A stretch of 64,000 bases of DNA from Clostridia bacterium. Its GTDB lineage: Bacteria > Bacillota > Clostridia > Christensenellales > UBA1242. The notes beneath the pieces were generated by a model. That model searched no databases and was not told where the DNA came from. It worked only from the letters and a program-made list of their open reading frames with translations. Position 1 is the stretch's first letter. Every line of letters begins with the position of its first letter. Below, in pieces: positions 37,479-47,369 of this stretch. The translations under genes and the position numbers were made by a program. The stretch is from positions 129,697 through 193,696 of the forward strand of contig JAFTMH010000002.1 of the NCBI GenBank assembly GCA_017452445.1. Reading direction: 5' to 3'.

Positions 37479-38891
37479 TTAAATTGATATGCATCCAATC
37501 TTGTTTGCTTTGAGGGTGTTGTTCCACAAGTTGTTTGCAAACTGAATGTGATAAGCAAAATCTTGATCGTTGTAGCCATTGTGAAGTGCAACATACATTG
37601 TGTATTTGCCACTTTTGGTTGGTTTTGTGACTGCAACATTTATTTCTTTTTCGCCGGCATATTTGCCAACGGTTGTTTGATGAGCGACTTTTCCAGTTTC
37701 GTCAACAAACAAAATTGTGATATCTTTTGCACGGTTGAGACTTCCAAAACCAACATTTTTTATGTCGAGTTTGATGTTGATTTTTGAAGTGTCGTTTTGT
37801 ATGGTTGATTGCGTGAGCACAAATCTGTAACCCATATGATTTTTGATGTAGTCATATGCAGTTTGTCCATAATACACTTTGTCATTTCCACAAGTTTGAT
37901 TGTAAGTGGTGCTTTTCCACTTTTCCACAACTTGAGTATCATAATTTTTGTTGAGGTATGACAAGTGAAGAGATTTCATTTCTGTCAAACAGTTTTCAAT
38001 GTTGTTTAAACTGCTTTCAACTTTCAAAACTTCGCCACCATATGGCAAGTGATTTGAAATCTGTTGAGAAATCCAAGCGATTTCTTTTTCTCTGTTTGTG
38101 TAAGTGCCCATATCATTTTCGGTGGACAAGAATGCGTCATTGAAAAGTCCAAGTCTGTAATATGAGGCAAGTGGGTTTATTGTTGCGTTTTCCAAATCGT
38201 TTATGCTTATGTTGAAATAGTCATAAAGCATTTTTGGGGTTCTCACCAAAATGTAAGTGTTGGTTGTGTTGTTGAGAAATGTTTGAATGATTGTGTTTAT
38301 GTTTTCGCTTGTTGCCAAAGCGCTTGTGTGCATTTCTCCCCAAGGTCCGATAAGTCCTGCTTCGATTGCAGTGATTGTTGTTTCAAATTTGTTTGCGATT
38401 TCGCAAATTTGCACAATGTGTGTGGAAATCATCTGCATAGATGGTTCTTTGTCCACATCACTTCCAAAATCTGGTGCATAACAAAATCTCAAAATTGCAT
38501 TTTTGTTTTTTGTTTTGAGTGTTTGCAAAACATCTTCGATGCCATCAACTGCATCTTGTGTCAATGCCAAATCTTCAACAGTGTTGTTTGCTTGAGAAAA
38601 GTCGCTGATGTCAAGGCGAAGATGATAAAGTTGAAATTCATCAGTGATATATTTGTCATTCCACACAACGCCAGTTGTTGAAACTTTGATAGGCAAATGT
38701 TGATAAAACCCTTGATCTGGATTGTTTATTGTTGTGACAACTTCTGCATAGTTTAGATCTTGCACGCCGTTTGTTGGGTCTTTGTGATGTCTGTTGTTTG
38801 AAAGCACAGCCCCAACAACAATCGCAACCACAAAAGCTGCAAAACCTAGAAACTTGTATAAGAAGTTTGAAACAGATTCTTTTGAAGCCAT
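37479..38891 (-). CDS. Membrane-anchored putative glycoside-hydrolase-like protein (DUF4874/DUF4832-type by pattern)
   Basis: An N-terminal TM anchor followed by the IEAGLIGPWGEMH motif I associate with DUF4832 proteins. ATG at 38891 with AAGGAG RBS. Confidence 0.45.
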   Translation of the reverse strand: MASKESVSNFLYKFLGFAAFVVAIVVGAVLSNNRHHKDPTNGVQDLNYAEVVTTINNPDQGFYQHLPIKVSTTGVVWNDKYITDEFQLYHLRLDISDFSQANNTVEDLALTQDAVDGIEDVLQTLKTKNKNAILRFCYAPDFGSDVDKEPSMQMISTHIVQICEIANKFETTITAIEAGLIGPWGEMHTSALATSENINTIIQTFLNNTTNTYILVRTPKMLYDYFNISINDLENATINPLASYYRLGLFNDAFLSTENDMGTYTNREKEIAWISQQISNHLPYGGEVLKVESSLNNIENCLTEMKSLHLSYLNKNYDTQVVEKWKSTTYNQTCGNDKVYYGQTAYDYIKNHMGYRFVLTQSTIQNDTSKINIKLDIKNVGFGSLNRAKDITILFVDETGKVAHQTTVGKYAGEKEINVAVTKPTKSGKYTMYVALHNGYNDQDFAYHIQFANNLWNNTLKANKIGCISI

Positions 38892-39019
38892 AAAATCTCC
38901 TTTTGTTATTATAGCACAAATGAATATCTTTTTGCAAAACACTAAATTAAAAACAACAAATTCAACTTTTTTTGATTTTTGTTGTGTTGTGTGATATAAT
39001 CTTGCCAAAGGAAAAAATT

Positions 39020-39790
39020 ATGGACGCAATAGAAAAGTATTACAACAAATTCAACGAAGACAAACGCTTGCTTTCTCGACATGGCCAGGTCGAATTTGCT
39101 GTGACAATGAAATATATTCAACAATGTGTTGCTGGCAGACAAGGTCTCAAAATTTTGGATGTCGGCGCCGGCACAGGCAGATATTCGATTGCTTTGCACG
39201 AACAAGGTCATCAAGTTTGCGCACTCGAATATGTCAAAAAAAATTTGAGCGTGCTTAAACAAAAGGCACCATACCTTGATGCAAGACAAGGCACTGCGCT
39301 CAATTTGAAAAAATATAAAGATGAAAGTTTTGACATTGTTTTGCTGTTTGGTCCCATGTATCATTTGTTTAGTCAGCAAGACAAAGTAAAAGCGCTGATC
39401 GAAGCAAAGAGAGTTGTCAAAAAAGATGGTTGGATTTTGGTGGCTTATTTGATGAATGAATATGCTGTGATCACTTATGCTTTTAAAGAAGGAAATTTGA
39501 AGAAGTGTTTACAAGAAAAAATGCTTGATGAAAATTTTCATTGTCAAACAACCGAAAAAGATTTGTATAGTTATGTAAGACTTGAAGACATTGATTGTTT
39601 AAATCAACAAGCAGGATTAAGCAGAAAAAAAATAATTGGTGTTGATGGCGCAACTGATTATATACGACCGGTTTTAAACAAATTGCCAGAAGAAGAATTT
39701 GAAGTGTTTGTAAAATACCAAATGTCAATTTGCGAAAGGCAAGATTTGATTGGAGCATCTTCGCACACACTGGACATATTGCAAAAATAA
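39020..39790 (+). CDS. Class I SAM-dependent methyltransferase
   Basis: Motif I ILDVGAGTGRYS and a post-I acidic residue (ALE). FDIVLLFGPMYHL. Confidence 0.8.
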   Translation: MDAIEKYYNKFNEDKRLLSRHGQVEFAVTMKYIQQCVAGRQGLKILDVGAGTGRYSIALHEQGHQVCALEYVKKNLSVLKQKAPYLDARQGTALNLKKYKDESFDIVLLFGPMYHLFSQQDKVKALIEAKRVVKKDGWILVAYLMNEYAVITYAFKEGNLKKCLQEKMLDENFHCQTTEKDLYSYVRLEDIDCLNQQAGLSRKKIIGVDGATDYIRPVLNKLPEEEFEVFVKYQMSICERQDLIGASSHTLDILQK

Positions 39791-39811
39791 AAAGATGGAG
39801 AAATCCATCTT

Positions 39812-41386
39812 TTATTGTTTTGTTGGTTGCATGGTTGACTTAACCCTTGCGACAAGTTTTTTGTCAACTCTTATTTCTCTAAATGCAGAAGATGCAGTGC
39901 TTCTAAAACTTTTTGAAGCGATGTATGCAGACCAGTCAATCATTTGATCAACTTTTTTGCTTGCGAGATGATCATTGTGATATTGATTTTTTGTTTGCAA
40001 ATACATTGCATGCAATCCTTTTTTGAATGTTTCAAGTGGAATAGGTGTGCTTCTGTCAGCATACCTTGCAACAAGTTCGGGAGTTTTTCTTGAATAGGTT
40101 GGTTCGCTGTCGCCTTCCACATTTTCACGATCGGCAATAAGTGTGTCAAAGCGAGATTGTTTAAATTTGTGGTTGTAAATAAGATCTTCCATTTGTTGCA
40201 AATCTTTCACAGGGAAAAGACAATGTGCAAACCCTCTGCCCGTTTTTGTTTTTTTTGTTTTTGAATCCCAAGTTGCATCTTCGACATAACTGCCGCCAAT
40301 GTTATATTTTGGATCTTTGATATGAATAAGGTTGTGACAGTGGGCACCTTCGTATGTCTTTACAAGCCCCCTTGAATAAAGTTCGCACCCCACGATGTCG
40401 CATTTGAGATCTGGATCATCGAGTTTGTCGATGATTGCTTTGATGAATGAAGCATAACCCGAGCAAACGATTTTTTTGTTTTTAACAATACCAGGAAGCA
40501 CACGGCACTCTTCCAACGAGCCGTCGTTGTATTCGTAATTGTGTGTAACATAAGCATGAATAAACAGCATTTTTTCAAATGGAGAGTAGTTTGATTTTTT
40601 CAAAAATGAAACAATGTTGTCAATTTGATTGTTTGCTTCAAGCACATCTTTGACAGACCAAGCATCTGCAAAATCTGCTGACATAGTGCATTTTGTTAAT
40701 TCGTTGACCCTGATGTATTGTTCCATTCCCAAAGCAATCAAACGATTGTTTAATCCAACAATTGCTTCCATTTCTTCATTTGTGTAAAGATAGTCAGCTT
40801 GTGAGTCGTTTGAGTTTTCAGTCATGGCATGGTCTACGGTGATGAAAACTTGTTTGTCTTGTTTCAAACTCTTTTTTGCATAATCTTCAATCAAGCCAAG
40901 CATAGGCGAGAGAATATCGTTTTTGTCAATTGCAAGATAAACTTGTTTTTCGTTTTCGGTGCGAATGCGATCAAGTTCGCTTTCGTGTCCAGGGTCTGGG
41001 TGTTCTGGAAATGTGTCAGCAAGTTTGCGTTGAAATTCGCTGGCTGTCATCGCCCAATATTGATTGCGAAGCGATTGACAATATGTTTCAAAACCGACCT
41101 TAAATTCTGGTGATGGATTTACGGCATTTGCAAGCACAAGAAATGATGTGTCAGTTTTGACAAACCATTCGATAAGTTGACTTTTTTCTTCTTGTGTCAT
41201 TTGTGTAACAACTTTGACGATAAAAGGATATTTTTCTTGAAGAATCTTGAGAGATTTTTCATATTCTTCCAATTCTTTTCTATAGGCCTTTTCTTCCATA
41301 TCCAAATCGAGTTGATAGGATTGACGCAAAAGAGCCTCAAGTTCGGCTTCAGAAAAGTTTTTTAAATCTTCTGCACGAATAACCAT
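39812..41386 (-). CDS. Transglutaminase-like (papain-fold Cys-His-Asp) domain protein, paralog A
   Basis: IVCSGYASF (Cys), GAHCHNLIHI (His), YVEDATWD (Asp). A helical N-terminal region of about 200 aa. GGGAGG RBS. Confidence 0.6.
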   Translation of the reverse strand: MVIRAEDLKNFSEAELEALLRQSYQLDLDMEEKAYRKELEEYEKSLKILQEKYPFIVKVVTQMTQEEKSQLIEWFVKTDTSFLVLANAVNPSPEFKVGFETYCQSLRNQYWAMTASEFQRKLADTFPEHPDPGHESELDRIRTENEKQVYLAIDKNDILSPMLGLIEDYAKKSLKQDKQVFITVDHAMTENSNDSQADYLYTNEEMEAIVGLNNRLIALGMEQYIRVNELTKCTMSADFADAWSVKDVLEANNQIDNIVSFLKKSNYSPFEKMLFIHAYVTHNYEYNDGSLEECRVLPGIVKNKKIVCSGYASFIKAIIDKLDDPDLKCDIVGCELYSRGLVKTYEGAHCHNLIHIKDPKYNIGGSYVEDATWDSKTKKTKTGRGFAHCLFPVKDLQQMEDLIYNHKFKQSRFDTLIADRENVEGDSEPTYSRKTPELVARYADRSTPIPLETFKKGLHAMYLQTKNQYHNDHLASKKVDQMIDWSAYIASKSFRSTASSAFREIRVDKKLVARVKSTMQPTKQ

Positions 41387-41475
41387 AAATCCTCCCTATA
41401 GAAGCATTGTAACACATCAAAACCAAAACTTCAATAACTAAAAAACAAAAACACTCCCAAATGAGAGTGTTTTGC

Positions 41476-43134
41476 TTATTGTTTGCCGCCTTTGTCTGCT
41501 TGATTTTGTGCTGCAACTTGTTTCGCATCTTCGATATATTCTTCTTCACTTGCAATGTCTTCAAAATCTTCTGGGAAATATTCTTCTGCCATTTGTCTTG
41601 TCACACGATAGTGTCTAAATGCAGATTCTGCTTTTGAAGTGAAAACTTCTGCCGATCTCAATGCCGAAATCATAATCATTTGTTGCGCCTTAAGTTCGGC
41701 AAGTTGAATTGGCAAAGATTCGAGTTCGTTTGTTTTTGAATACATTTCCACAAGTCCGGCACGGTAGGTGTCAAGTGGGATTGCTGGACTTTGTGCAGAG
41801 TATTTTAAAACAAGTTCGGAAGTTTTAAATCTATCTAAATATGAAGGGCGTTGATAATCTTGTTTAAGTTTTGAGCTGTCCATAATTGTTATGTCAAAAC
41901 GAGATTTGTGAAATTTTTGCACATAAGCCAACTTTTTCATTCTGTCCAAATCTGCAACGGGAAGCAGACAGTGTGTAAAACCACGACTTGCGCTGTCGCC
42001 TTCGAGGATCGAATCAGGTGTTGCATCTTCGACAAAACTTCCCTTAATAGAGTATTTAGGGTCGTTGATGTGGACAAGGTTGTGGCAATGTCCACCATCA
42101 AAAATTCTCACCAAACCTTTCTTGTAATATTCGCAGCCAATCAAATCGCATTTAAGATTTGGGTCATTCAACCTGTCGATAACAGCTTTGATGAATGAAG
42201 CATAGCCAGAGCAGACAATCTTTCCACTTTTGAAGATGCCTGGAAGTACACGACATTCTTCCAACCTGCCATCTTTGTATTGAAATTTGTGAGTGATGTA
42301 GTTGTGGATAAACAACATTGCTTCAAATGGAGAATATTGTTTGTGTTTGATAAATGCAACAACTTCGTCAATCTTTTGATTTGCTGTGACAACATCGTAG
42401 ATTGACCAACCATCGCCAAACTCGTCTTTTGAAACAAAACGATTCATTTCGTTGATGTGCACAGGGGTTTTCATACCTCGCTCAGCAAGATAATTGTTTA
42501 AATCAACAAGCCGTTGTAGATCTGTTGGCGAAAACATATAATCGACAGGAGAGTCATTGTTTTTTTCATACATAGAGTTGTCCACAGTGATAAAAACTTG
42601 TTTGCCTTGTGCGAGAAGTTGCTCGCAAGTCCTTTTCAAATCATCATAGCGTATGCTGTGCAAATCTGCCATGTCAAGTGAGAAATAATAGTTTGTTTTG
42701 AAGTCTACTTCAATTTCTGCAAGTCGTCTTTGATATTCGATTGCTGGGTCAACAGGAAAAGTTGCCCTAATTCTTTTTTGCAATTCTTCATTTGAAAGAA
42801 GATAAAGTTCGTCTTCCAAATCTTTGCAAAATTGTTGATAATCAAAATCAGATTGTCTAACTTTTGAAAACTCGCTTGCAAAACGCATTGGTGCCATTTC
42901 GGTGTTGATGACCCAACCAACCAAAGCTTGAAGTTGTTTGTCAGACAAAAGTTCGACATCAGTTTCAATAAACGGAAACTTTTGTTTTATCATTTCTATC
43001 TTTTGTTGATATCTTCTTGACTCGCCAGCATACCAATTTTTTGCAAGATCCAAATCAAAGTTGTAAGTGTTTAGTCTCAACTCTTCGATATCTTCAATTG
43101 ACAAATGTTCGAGCTCTTCAGAACGAATAACCAT
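41476..43134 (-). CDS. Transglutaminase-like domain protein, paralog B, with an acidic C-terminal tail
   Basis: Same architecture as the 39812-41386 gene, with an estimated 40-50% identity by eye: MVIRSEELE versus MVIRAEDLK, IVCSGYASFIKAVID, GGHCHNLVHI, FVEDATPD. Own terminator at 41430-41470. Confidence 0.6.
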   Translation of the reverse strand: MVIRSEELEHLSIEDIEELRLNTYNFDLDLAKNWYAGESRRYQQKIEMIKQKFPFIETDVELLSDKQLQALVGWVINTEMAPMRFASEFSKVRQSDFDYQQFCKDLEDELYLLSNEELQKRIRATFPVDPAIEYQRRLAEIEVDFKTNYYFSLDMADLHSIRYDDLKRTCEQLLAQGKQVFITVDNSMYEKNNDSPVDYMFSPTDLQRLVDLNNYLAERGMKTPVHINEMNRFVSKDEFGDGWSIYDVVTANQKIDEVVAFIKHKQYSPFEAMLFIHNYITHKFQYKDGRLEECRVLPGIFKSGKIVCSGYASFIKAVIDRLNDPNLKCDLIGCEYYKKGLVRIFDGGHCHNLVHINDPKYSIKGSFVEDATPDSILEGDSASRGFTHCLLPVADLDRMKKLAYVQKFHKSRFDITIMDSSKLKQDYQRPSYLDRFKTSELVLKYSAQSPAIPLDTYRAGLVEMYSKTNELESLPIQLAELKAQQMIMISALRSAEVFTSKAESAFRHYRVTRQMAEEYFPEDFEDIASEEEYIEDAKQVAAQNQADKGGKQ

Positions 43135-43225
43135 AGCATTCCCCTTTATGAAATGATAATAACACAAAACTTGTCAAACTTCAATAGGCAAAAAAGAAAA
43201 CTGCCCTATATTTAGAGCAGTTTTT

Positions 43226-44590
43226 TTACATCAAAAATGCAAGTGCGAGTTGGCAATAAACAAGCAATGACAAAGTGTCAAGGATTGTTGTGATAAATGG
43301 GCTTGCCATAACTGCTGGGTCAAGTTTGCATTTTTTTGCAATAAGTGGAAGTGTGCAACCCACAATTTTTGCCATAACAATTGCCAAAAACATTGCAGCA
43401 GAAATCACGAGTGCAGAAAGCCAATCAACGCCAGGTGTGTTGAAGAGAAGTCCATCGATAAGCATAATCTTGCCAAAACATACAACAGCCAAAGAGAAGC
43501 CAAGAAGCAAACTAAGCCTAAACTCTTTCCACATAACTTTAAACAAATCTTTGAAACTTATTTCGTTTAGCACGATGCTTCTGATGATTGTTGCCGATGC
43601 TTGACCTCCGGCATTTCCACCTGTGCCCATGATCATAGGCATGCAGGCTGTGAGCAAAATGCCATAAATGCCGGTGCTGAGCAAAGTTTCGTTTTTGCTG
43701 ATAATAAGTCCGGTAAATGTTGATGACACGAGCAAAAGCACAAGCCAAGGCACACGATTGATCCACAATTTGAATGTGCTTGTTTTGAGATAAGGTTTTT
43801 CGTTTGGTGTTGTCGCAGCCATCTTTGAAATATCTTCTGTTGTTTCTTCTTCAATAACTTCGATAACATCGTCGATGGTAACAATGCCAACAAGGCGTTT
43901 TTCGCTGTCAACAATTGGCAAAGCCAAAAAGTCATATTGCTTAAACAAGTTTGAAATTTCTTCTTGGTCGGTAGAAGTTTCGGCAAATACAACATTGTCG
44001 TGCATAATTTCGCCAACAGTTGTGTCATCATCAGCAAGCAAAAGTTGTCTGATTGACAAAACGCCTTTCAACACTCTTGCACTGTCTGTAACATAAAGAA
44101 CATTGATTGTTTCGACATCTTCGCCAAGTTTTTTGATGCGTTTGAGGCATGCTTCTTTTGTCATTTGTTCTTTCAAATCAATAAATTCGGGTGTCATGAT
44201 TGAGCCTGCTGTTTCTGGTCCATAACCCAAATATTTGTTGATAAGTTGGCGAGTTTCTTTTGTTGAAGCTTTTAAAGTTCTTTCAACAATGTTTGCTGGC
44301 ATTTCAGCCACAAAGTCAACGGCATCATCAATATACATTTCTTCAACCAAGAAAGACAAATCTTTGTCTGACAAGGCATCAACAAGTTTTTTTTGAATGT
44401 CGCTTTCGATATAACTGAAAACTTCAGCTCCCATATCTTTTGGCAAAAGCTTGAAAACTTTTACCAAATTTTTCGGGGGATCAACTTGCTCCAGCAAATC
44501 GGCGATATCTTGAACATGCATTTCGACAAGTGCTGATTTGACTTCTTTGAATTGATTTGTTTCGATTTGTTCCAACAATTCTTTATACAT
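43226..44590 (-). CDS. mgtE: Magnesium transporter MgtE
   Basis: MgtE_N, a CBS pair and a five-TM domain, with PWLVLLLVSSTFTG and GTGGNAGGQASAT motifs. Confidence 0.92.
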   Translation of the reverse strand: MYKELLEQIETNQFKEVKSALVEMHVQDIADLLEQVDPPKNLVKVFKLLPKDMGAEVFSYIESDIQKKLVDALSDKDLSFLVEEMYIDDAVDFVAEMPANIVERTLKASTKETRQLINKYLGYGPETAGSIMTPEFIDLKEQMTKEACLKRIKKLGEDVETINVLYVTDSARVLKGVLSIRQLLLADDDTTVGEIMHDNVVFAETSTDQEEISNLFKQYDFLALPIVDSEKRLVGIVTIDDVIEVIEEETTEDISKMAATTPNEKPYLKTSTFKLWINRVPWLVLLLVSSTFTGLIISKNETLLSTGIYGILLTACMPMIMGTGGNAGGQASATIIRSIVLNEISFKDLFKVMWKEFRLSLLLGFSLAVVCFGKIMLIDGLLFNTPGVDWLSALVISAAMFLAIVMAKIVGCTLPLIAKKCKLDPAVMASPFITTILDTLSLLVYCQLALAFLM

Positions 44591-44785
44591 CTTTCCGTCC
44601 CTCTTTTGTTTAAAATCGATAAAAAAAACAAGAAAATGTCCGTGTTTTGGCTTTTCTAGTTTTTTCTATAATAACAACCCAATGACCATATGTCAATCAC
44701 TTCAAGAAAAATTTTTCAAAAAATTGCCCTTGAAAGTTGATTGCTTTTATGTTAGAATATGTCGGGTAATTTGAAAGGATAAAAT

Positions 44786-45778
44786 ATGGAACATAAATAT
44801 GTAGATATGTTTTTGCAAAGCATAGAAAAATATGATCGTGCAACAGCAACAACAAATGGTAATCAAGCGACAATAACATTTGCTGAAAGTTGGCAAAATG
44901 TTATGCCTGAGATTGTTGTGCCTGACCTTGACAGACTTGAAGTTGCATTGAGACAATTTTTGCTTGTGACAAAGAGTGTAGATATAAAATCAGTCAAATA
45001 TGATGACAAACACGACGAGAGTTATTTCTTGCATTCGCTTATCAAAAACATAGGAAATGATGATTTTGAAAATGTGGTTGAAATGGTGAGAAGAAACACA
45101 AGATTTTTGTTGGATCAAAGTTTTTGTTGGTTAGACAAAAAACAAGATCTTGGTGTTGTTGATGAAGATATGCACTTGCTTGTTGAAAGAGTGCAAGAAT
45201 ATTATGGTTTTGAAACCCCATTTATGTTGAAGTTTTCTGTCGCAAACAGACACATGACATACGAACTTCCTCTTATAAGATATGGAGTTGAAGAGAAAAA
45301 TGGCAAAAAGATTGCTTATGTTTATGCAGTGCAACGCAAAAAGGTTTACAAAAATGGGTTTGATCAAATTGAAAAATTTGAAAAGCAAATAAGAAAAATC
45401 AATTCGGGTGTAAAAACAAACAGAGATCTCACACCAAGCATGGTGTTTGTGATGACTGCTTTTTGTGGTCTTGCAAAAAGAGAAGGGATTGACGAAATCA
45501 AAATGATTGATTTTATGAACAGAAGATATTTCCACTTCAAAAATGTAAACACCGAAGAAGAACAAATGGCAGTGCAAACAATGACAACCGACAAGTTTTT
45601 AAAACTTGGACTTCGAGCTTGTGATCAGTTTGAAGGCATTGACATTTGGGCATATCCAAATGATGTTGATTGTTATCTCACTTTGAAGATTGGCAAAGAC
45701 TGTTCTTCAAAAAACAAAATGGCAGAATCAGTTTTTAAAGTGTGTGAAGGTCAAAAAGAAAAAAGTTTTGAAAAATAA
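44786..45778 (+). CDS. Hypothetical protein (330 aa)
   Basis: Clean ORF with a TGTTAGAAT promoter, AAAGGA RBS and a terminator at 45780-45806. No recognised family. Confidence 0.55.
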   Translation: MEHKYVDMFLQSIEKYDRATATTNGNQATITFAESWQNVMPEIVVPDLDRLEVALRQFLLVTKSVDIKSVKYDDKHDESYFLHSLIKNIGNDDFENVVEMVRRNTRFLLDQSFCWLDKKQDLGVVDEDMHLLVERVQEYYGFETPFMLKFSVANRHMTYELPLIRYGVEEKNGKKIAYVYAVQRKKVYKNGFDQIEKFEKQIRKINSGVKTNRDLTPSMVFVMTAFCGLAKREGIDEIKMIDFMNRRYFHFKNVNTEEEQMAVQTMTTDKFLKLGLRACDQFEGIDIWAYPNDVDCYLTLKIGKDCSSKNKMAESVFKVCEGQKEKSFEK

Positions 45779-45804
45779 AAAGACCAAGATGTTTGGTCTT
45801 TTTT

Positions 45805-46356
45805 TTATTTTAATGTTGCTGCAAAATATTTTGCAAGAAGTGCACTGCCTGTGCACATTGTGTGTGTTGACAAAAATTCGTCAAGTTGATCAAGTGGAAC
45901 TTTAACAATTTCAATAAGTTCGGTTTCGTCCAAGTTTTGTTTGCCAGAGAGTGAAACTTCAGCAACATACATTTCAATTGTTTCGTCACTCATGCCGGCG
46001 CTTGTGAAACTGCAATCAAGCACCTTTTTGATTGACAACACAGTTGCACCGGTTTCTTCTGAAAGTTCTCGCTTTGCGGCTTGCAGTCGGTCTTCGTTTG
46101 GTTCGACCAGACCGGCAGGGAGTTCGTAAACAAAACAATTTGTGACATATCTAAAATTTTTGATAAAGACAATTTCATTTGTTTCTTTGATATATGGCAA
46201 AATACGCACAGCATCACAAATGTCAGTTTTCTGCAAAGTGTCAGCAGTGCGTCGAGAAGCAAAGTGATAATCTAAATTTTTTTCGCCAACATATTTTGCT
46301 GTGTAAAAATTGAGAAATTTTGTGTCTGTGAGTTTTTCAATTTTTTCAAGTTTCAT
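45805..46356 (-). CDS. NUDIX hydrolase (ADP-ribose pyrophosphatase-like)
   Basis: Nudix box GLVEPNEDRLQAAKRELSEETGA (GX5EX7REUXEEXGU). Confidence 0.85.
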   Translation of the reverse strand: MKLEKIEKLTDTKFLNFYTAKYVGEKNLDYHFASRRTADTLQKTDICDAVRILPYIKETNEIVFIKNFRYVTNCFVYELPAGLVEPNEDRLQAAKRELSEETGATVLSIKKVLDCSFTSAGMSDETIEMYVAEVSLSGKQNLDETELIEIVKVPLDQLDEFLSTHTMCTGSALLAKYFAATLK

Positions 46357-46430
46357 AATGCACCTTCCATAAAAATATTATAACACAAACCAAAATTTTG
46401 CAAAAGAAAAACCTTGCAAAAGAGCAAGGT

Positions 46431-47054
46431 TTATTTTCCGTCTTTTCCTTTTGTTGAAGATGAGACAAGTCTGAGTGGGATTTTGTGGTGACGCTCGCCA
46501 AGCTCTTTAACCCAAGGCACTGACGAATCATGCACAAAAAACTCTTTGTCCAAATATGTGCCAACAACTTGCATTGATCGAGAGTTGTCCAAAAAGAGAG
46601 CGTTGTCAACATATTTGAGTGCTTCAAGGATATGCTTGAATTGATTTTAAAATCTGCCGCGGACAACTTCTTCAGGAATGTCGTGACCACCTTTTGCCAC
46701 CCTTTGTTTGATGCGTTCGAGCGAAAGGTTGACATCTTGCACTCCGATAAAATTGAGTTGAACTAAAAATCCGGCTTCCTTTGCTTCTTTGAGAAACTGC
46801 AAAGTTGTGCTAGTGATGATTGTAGTTTCCCAATTGAAAGAAAGTTTGTTTGCAATGCAATATTTGATTTTGTTGATGGCAATTCTGCCTGATTGTATGA
46901 CTGAGGTTGGGTTCCATTTTTTGCTTTGTTGGGCAAAGATTTCGTCAGGGTTTACTCTTTCGCCAAGGTCAACGCCTACAAACTTTTTTTCATATTTGTA
47001 GAGTGTTGTTTTTCCGGCTCCGTTGATGCCAGCAAAGACTGTGAGAATTGGCAT
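46431..47054 (-). pseudogene. Zeta-toxin / COG4185-type P-loop kinase interrupted by one in-frame TAA (46649-46647)
   Basis: Walker A GINGAGKTT. After ...GGHDIPEEVVRGRF the TAA occurs. The same frame then continues NQFKHILEALKYVDNALFLDNS... to a TAA at 46433-46431, which matches the family's C-terminus. Terminator at 46409-46432. Confidence 0.7.
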
Positions 47055-47057
47055 ATT

Positions 47058-47240
47058 TTACAAATCTCCGTTTTTAATTTTTTTTGCGAAATCGTTTCCG
47101 TTTTTGTAATTTACCAAAAGCATAAACAACTTATGGTCTTTTTTTGGCAACGCTTTCAAACATTCGGCAATTGATGCCATCGAAATTGGTCCAGATTGAT
47201 TGAAATCTCTAACAAAATTTAACAACTCTTCCCTAGTCAT
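47058..47240 (-). CDS. Small protein upstream of the zeta-like gene (possible cognate antitoxin)
   Basis: 60 aa with AAGGGG RBS. Its stop is 3 nt before the zeta-like ATG. The function is inferred from position only. Confidence 0.4.
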   Translation of the reverse strand: MTREELLNFVRDFNQSGPISMASIAECLKALPKKDHKLFMLLVNYKNGNDFAKKIKNGDL

Positions 47241-47369
47241 ATTTTTCCCCTTATAAATGGATTATAACACCAAAGTTTTTGATTTTCAATAGGGAATGTT
47301 TACTTTTTTAAAAAGGTTGAGTTTTTGTTTCGTTTGGCAAAAAGGATTGTTGTGTGATATGATATAAAT

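Noticed and set aside
44591-44785. Looked for an M-box (Mg2+) riboswitch upstream of mgtE.
   Set aside because: The leader is only about 110 nt and lacks the conserved M-box core as I remember it. There is only a weak hairpin plus U-run.
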